Source: Proteromonas lacertae (lineage: Eukaryota). From it: a stretch of 64,000 nt of DNA. Where the stretch lies: the NCBI GenBank assembly GCA_002245135.1, contig NGBS01000037.1, forward strand, positions 1 to 64,000. The letters run 5' to 3'. The position numbers and the translations under genes are program-made. Every line of letters starts with the position of its first letter. The stretch's first letter is position 1. The notes beneath the pieces were generated by a model. That model worked only from the letters and a program-made list of their open reading frames with translations. It made no database searches and was not told the origin of the DNA. Positions 63,739 through 64,000 of this stretch are shown in pieces.

Positions 63739-64000
63739 TTAAGAACTCAATTTAAGTTTTATATAATCTGTCATTACTAGAATAATAGTAATTATCACAA
63801 CAGCAATAGTCTTCTTATCAAAACCTCCTGTTTCAGTTCCTCTTCCAAATGATAATGGCTTGGCTAAAACTCTTCCTAATATATCACCAACCATAAAAGT
63901 AACAAAACCAAATATAGCATCTAATATATAATGATTTGCTGTTACGATTATAACAAATAAGGTGTATATTTGAAAGGATATATTTTTATTAATTTTATCA
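63739..64000 (-). CDS. 3' end of a PAP2_3 (Aur1/IPC-synthase-like) membrane phosphotransferase; partial, possibly frameshifted
   Basis: TLFVIIVTANHYILDAIFG motif. The upstream YP motif is in another frame, and the gene runs off the window. Confidence 0.6.
   Translation of the reverse strand, partial: DKINKNISFQIYTLFVIIVTANHYILDAIFGFVTFMVGDILGRVLAKPLSFGRGTETGGFDKKTIAVVIITIILVMTDYIKLKLSS

Overview
This is the left end of a eukaryotic chromosome. The window begins with a (TAACCC)n telomere and continues as very AT-rich, gene-dense DNA with tiny GT-AG introns (mostly ~27-39 nt) and very short bidirectional promoters. These traits, plus a TGTTTGTT motif 5 nt after one stop codon, suggest a low-GC Blastocystis-like gut stramenopile (inference). 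Layout: (i) 0.35-13.3 kb is an unstable subtelomere. It holds hAT transposon remnants, glycosylation pseudogenes, an interstitial telomeric tract, a ~1670-aa Crinkler/RHS-type protein (2x SPRY-like + 2x [P-loop NTPase + REase-like]), a Sec1 pseudogene broken by a fold-back element, and a solitary 5S rRNA gene. (ii) 14-48 kb is intron-rich housekeeping genes (FKBP12, dynein light chain fusion, Vps23, MOB1, SMYD, p23, GPCR-like, MMTAG2, NEK, NagB, SIZ1/PIAS-like). They are interrupted by three paralogous single-pass surface proteins with mucin-like ectodomains and a cytoplasmic PH domain. (iii) 49-64 kb is a mostly intron-poor surface-glycan modification island (LicD, fucosyltransferase, DUF3405-like, GT92, methyltransferase, GT31, PAP2_3). 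It carries a ~2.7-kb inverted duplication, several pseudogenes and a recurrent ACGAGTATAATAAATA motif. Family calls come from motifs recognised by eye, with no database search. Several 1-bp frameshifts may be assembly errors.
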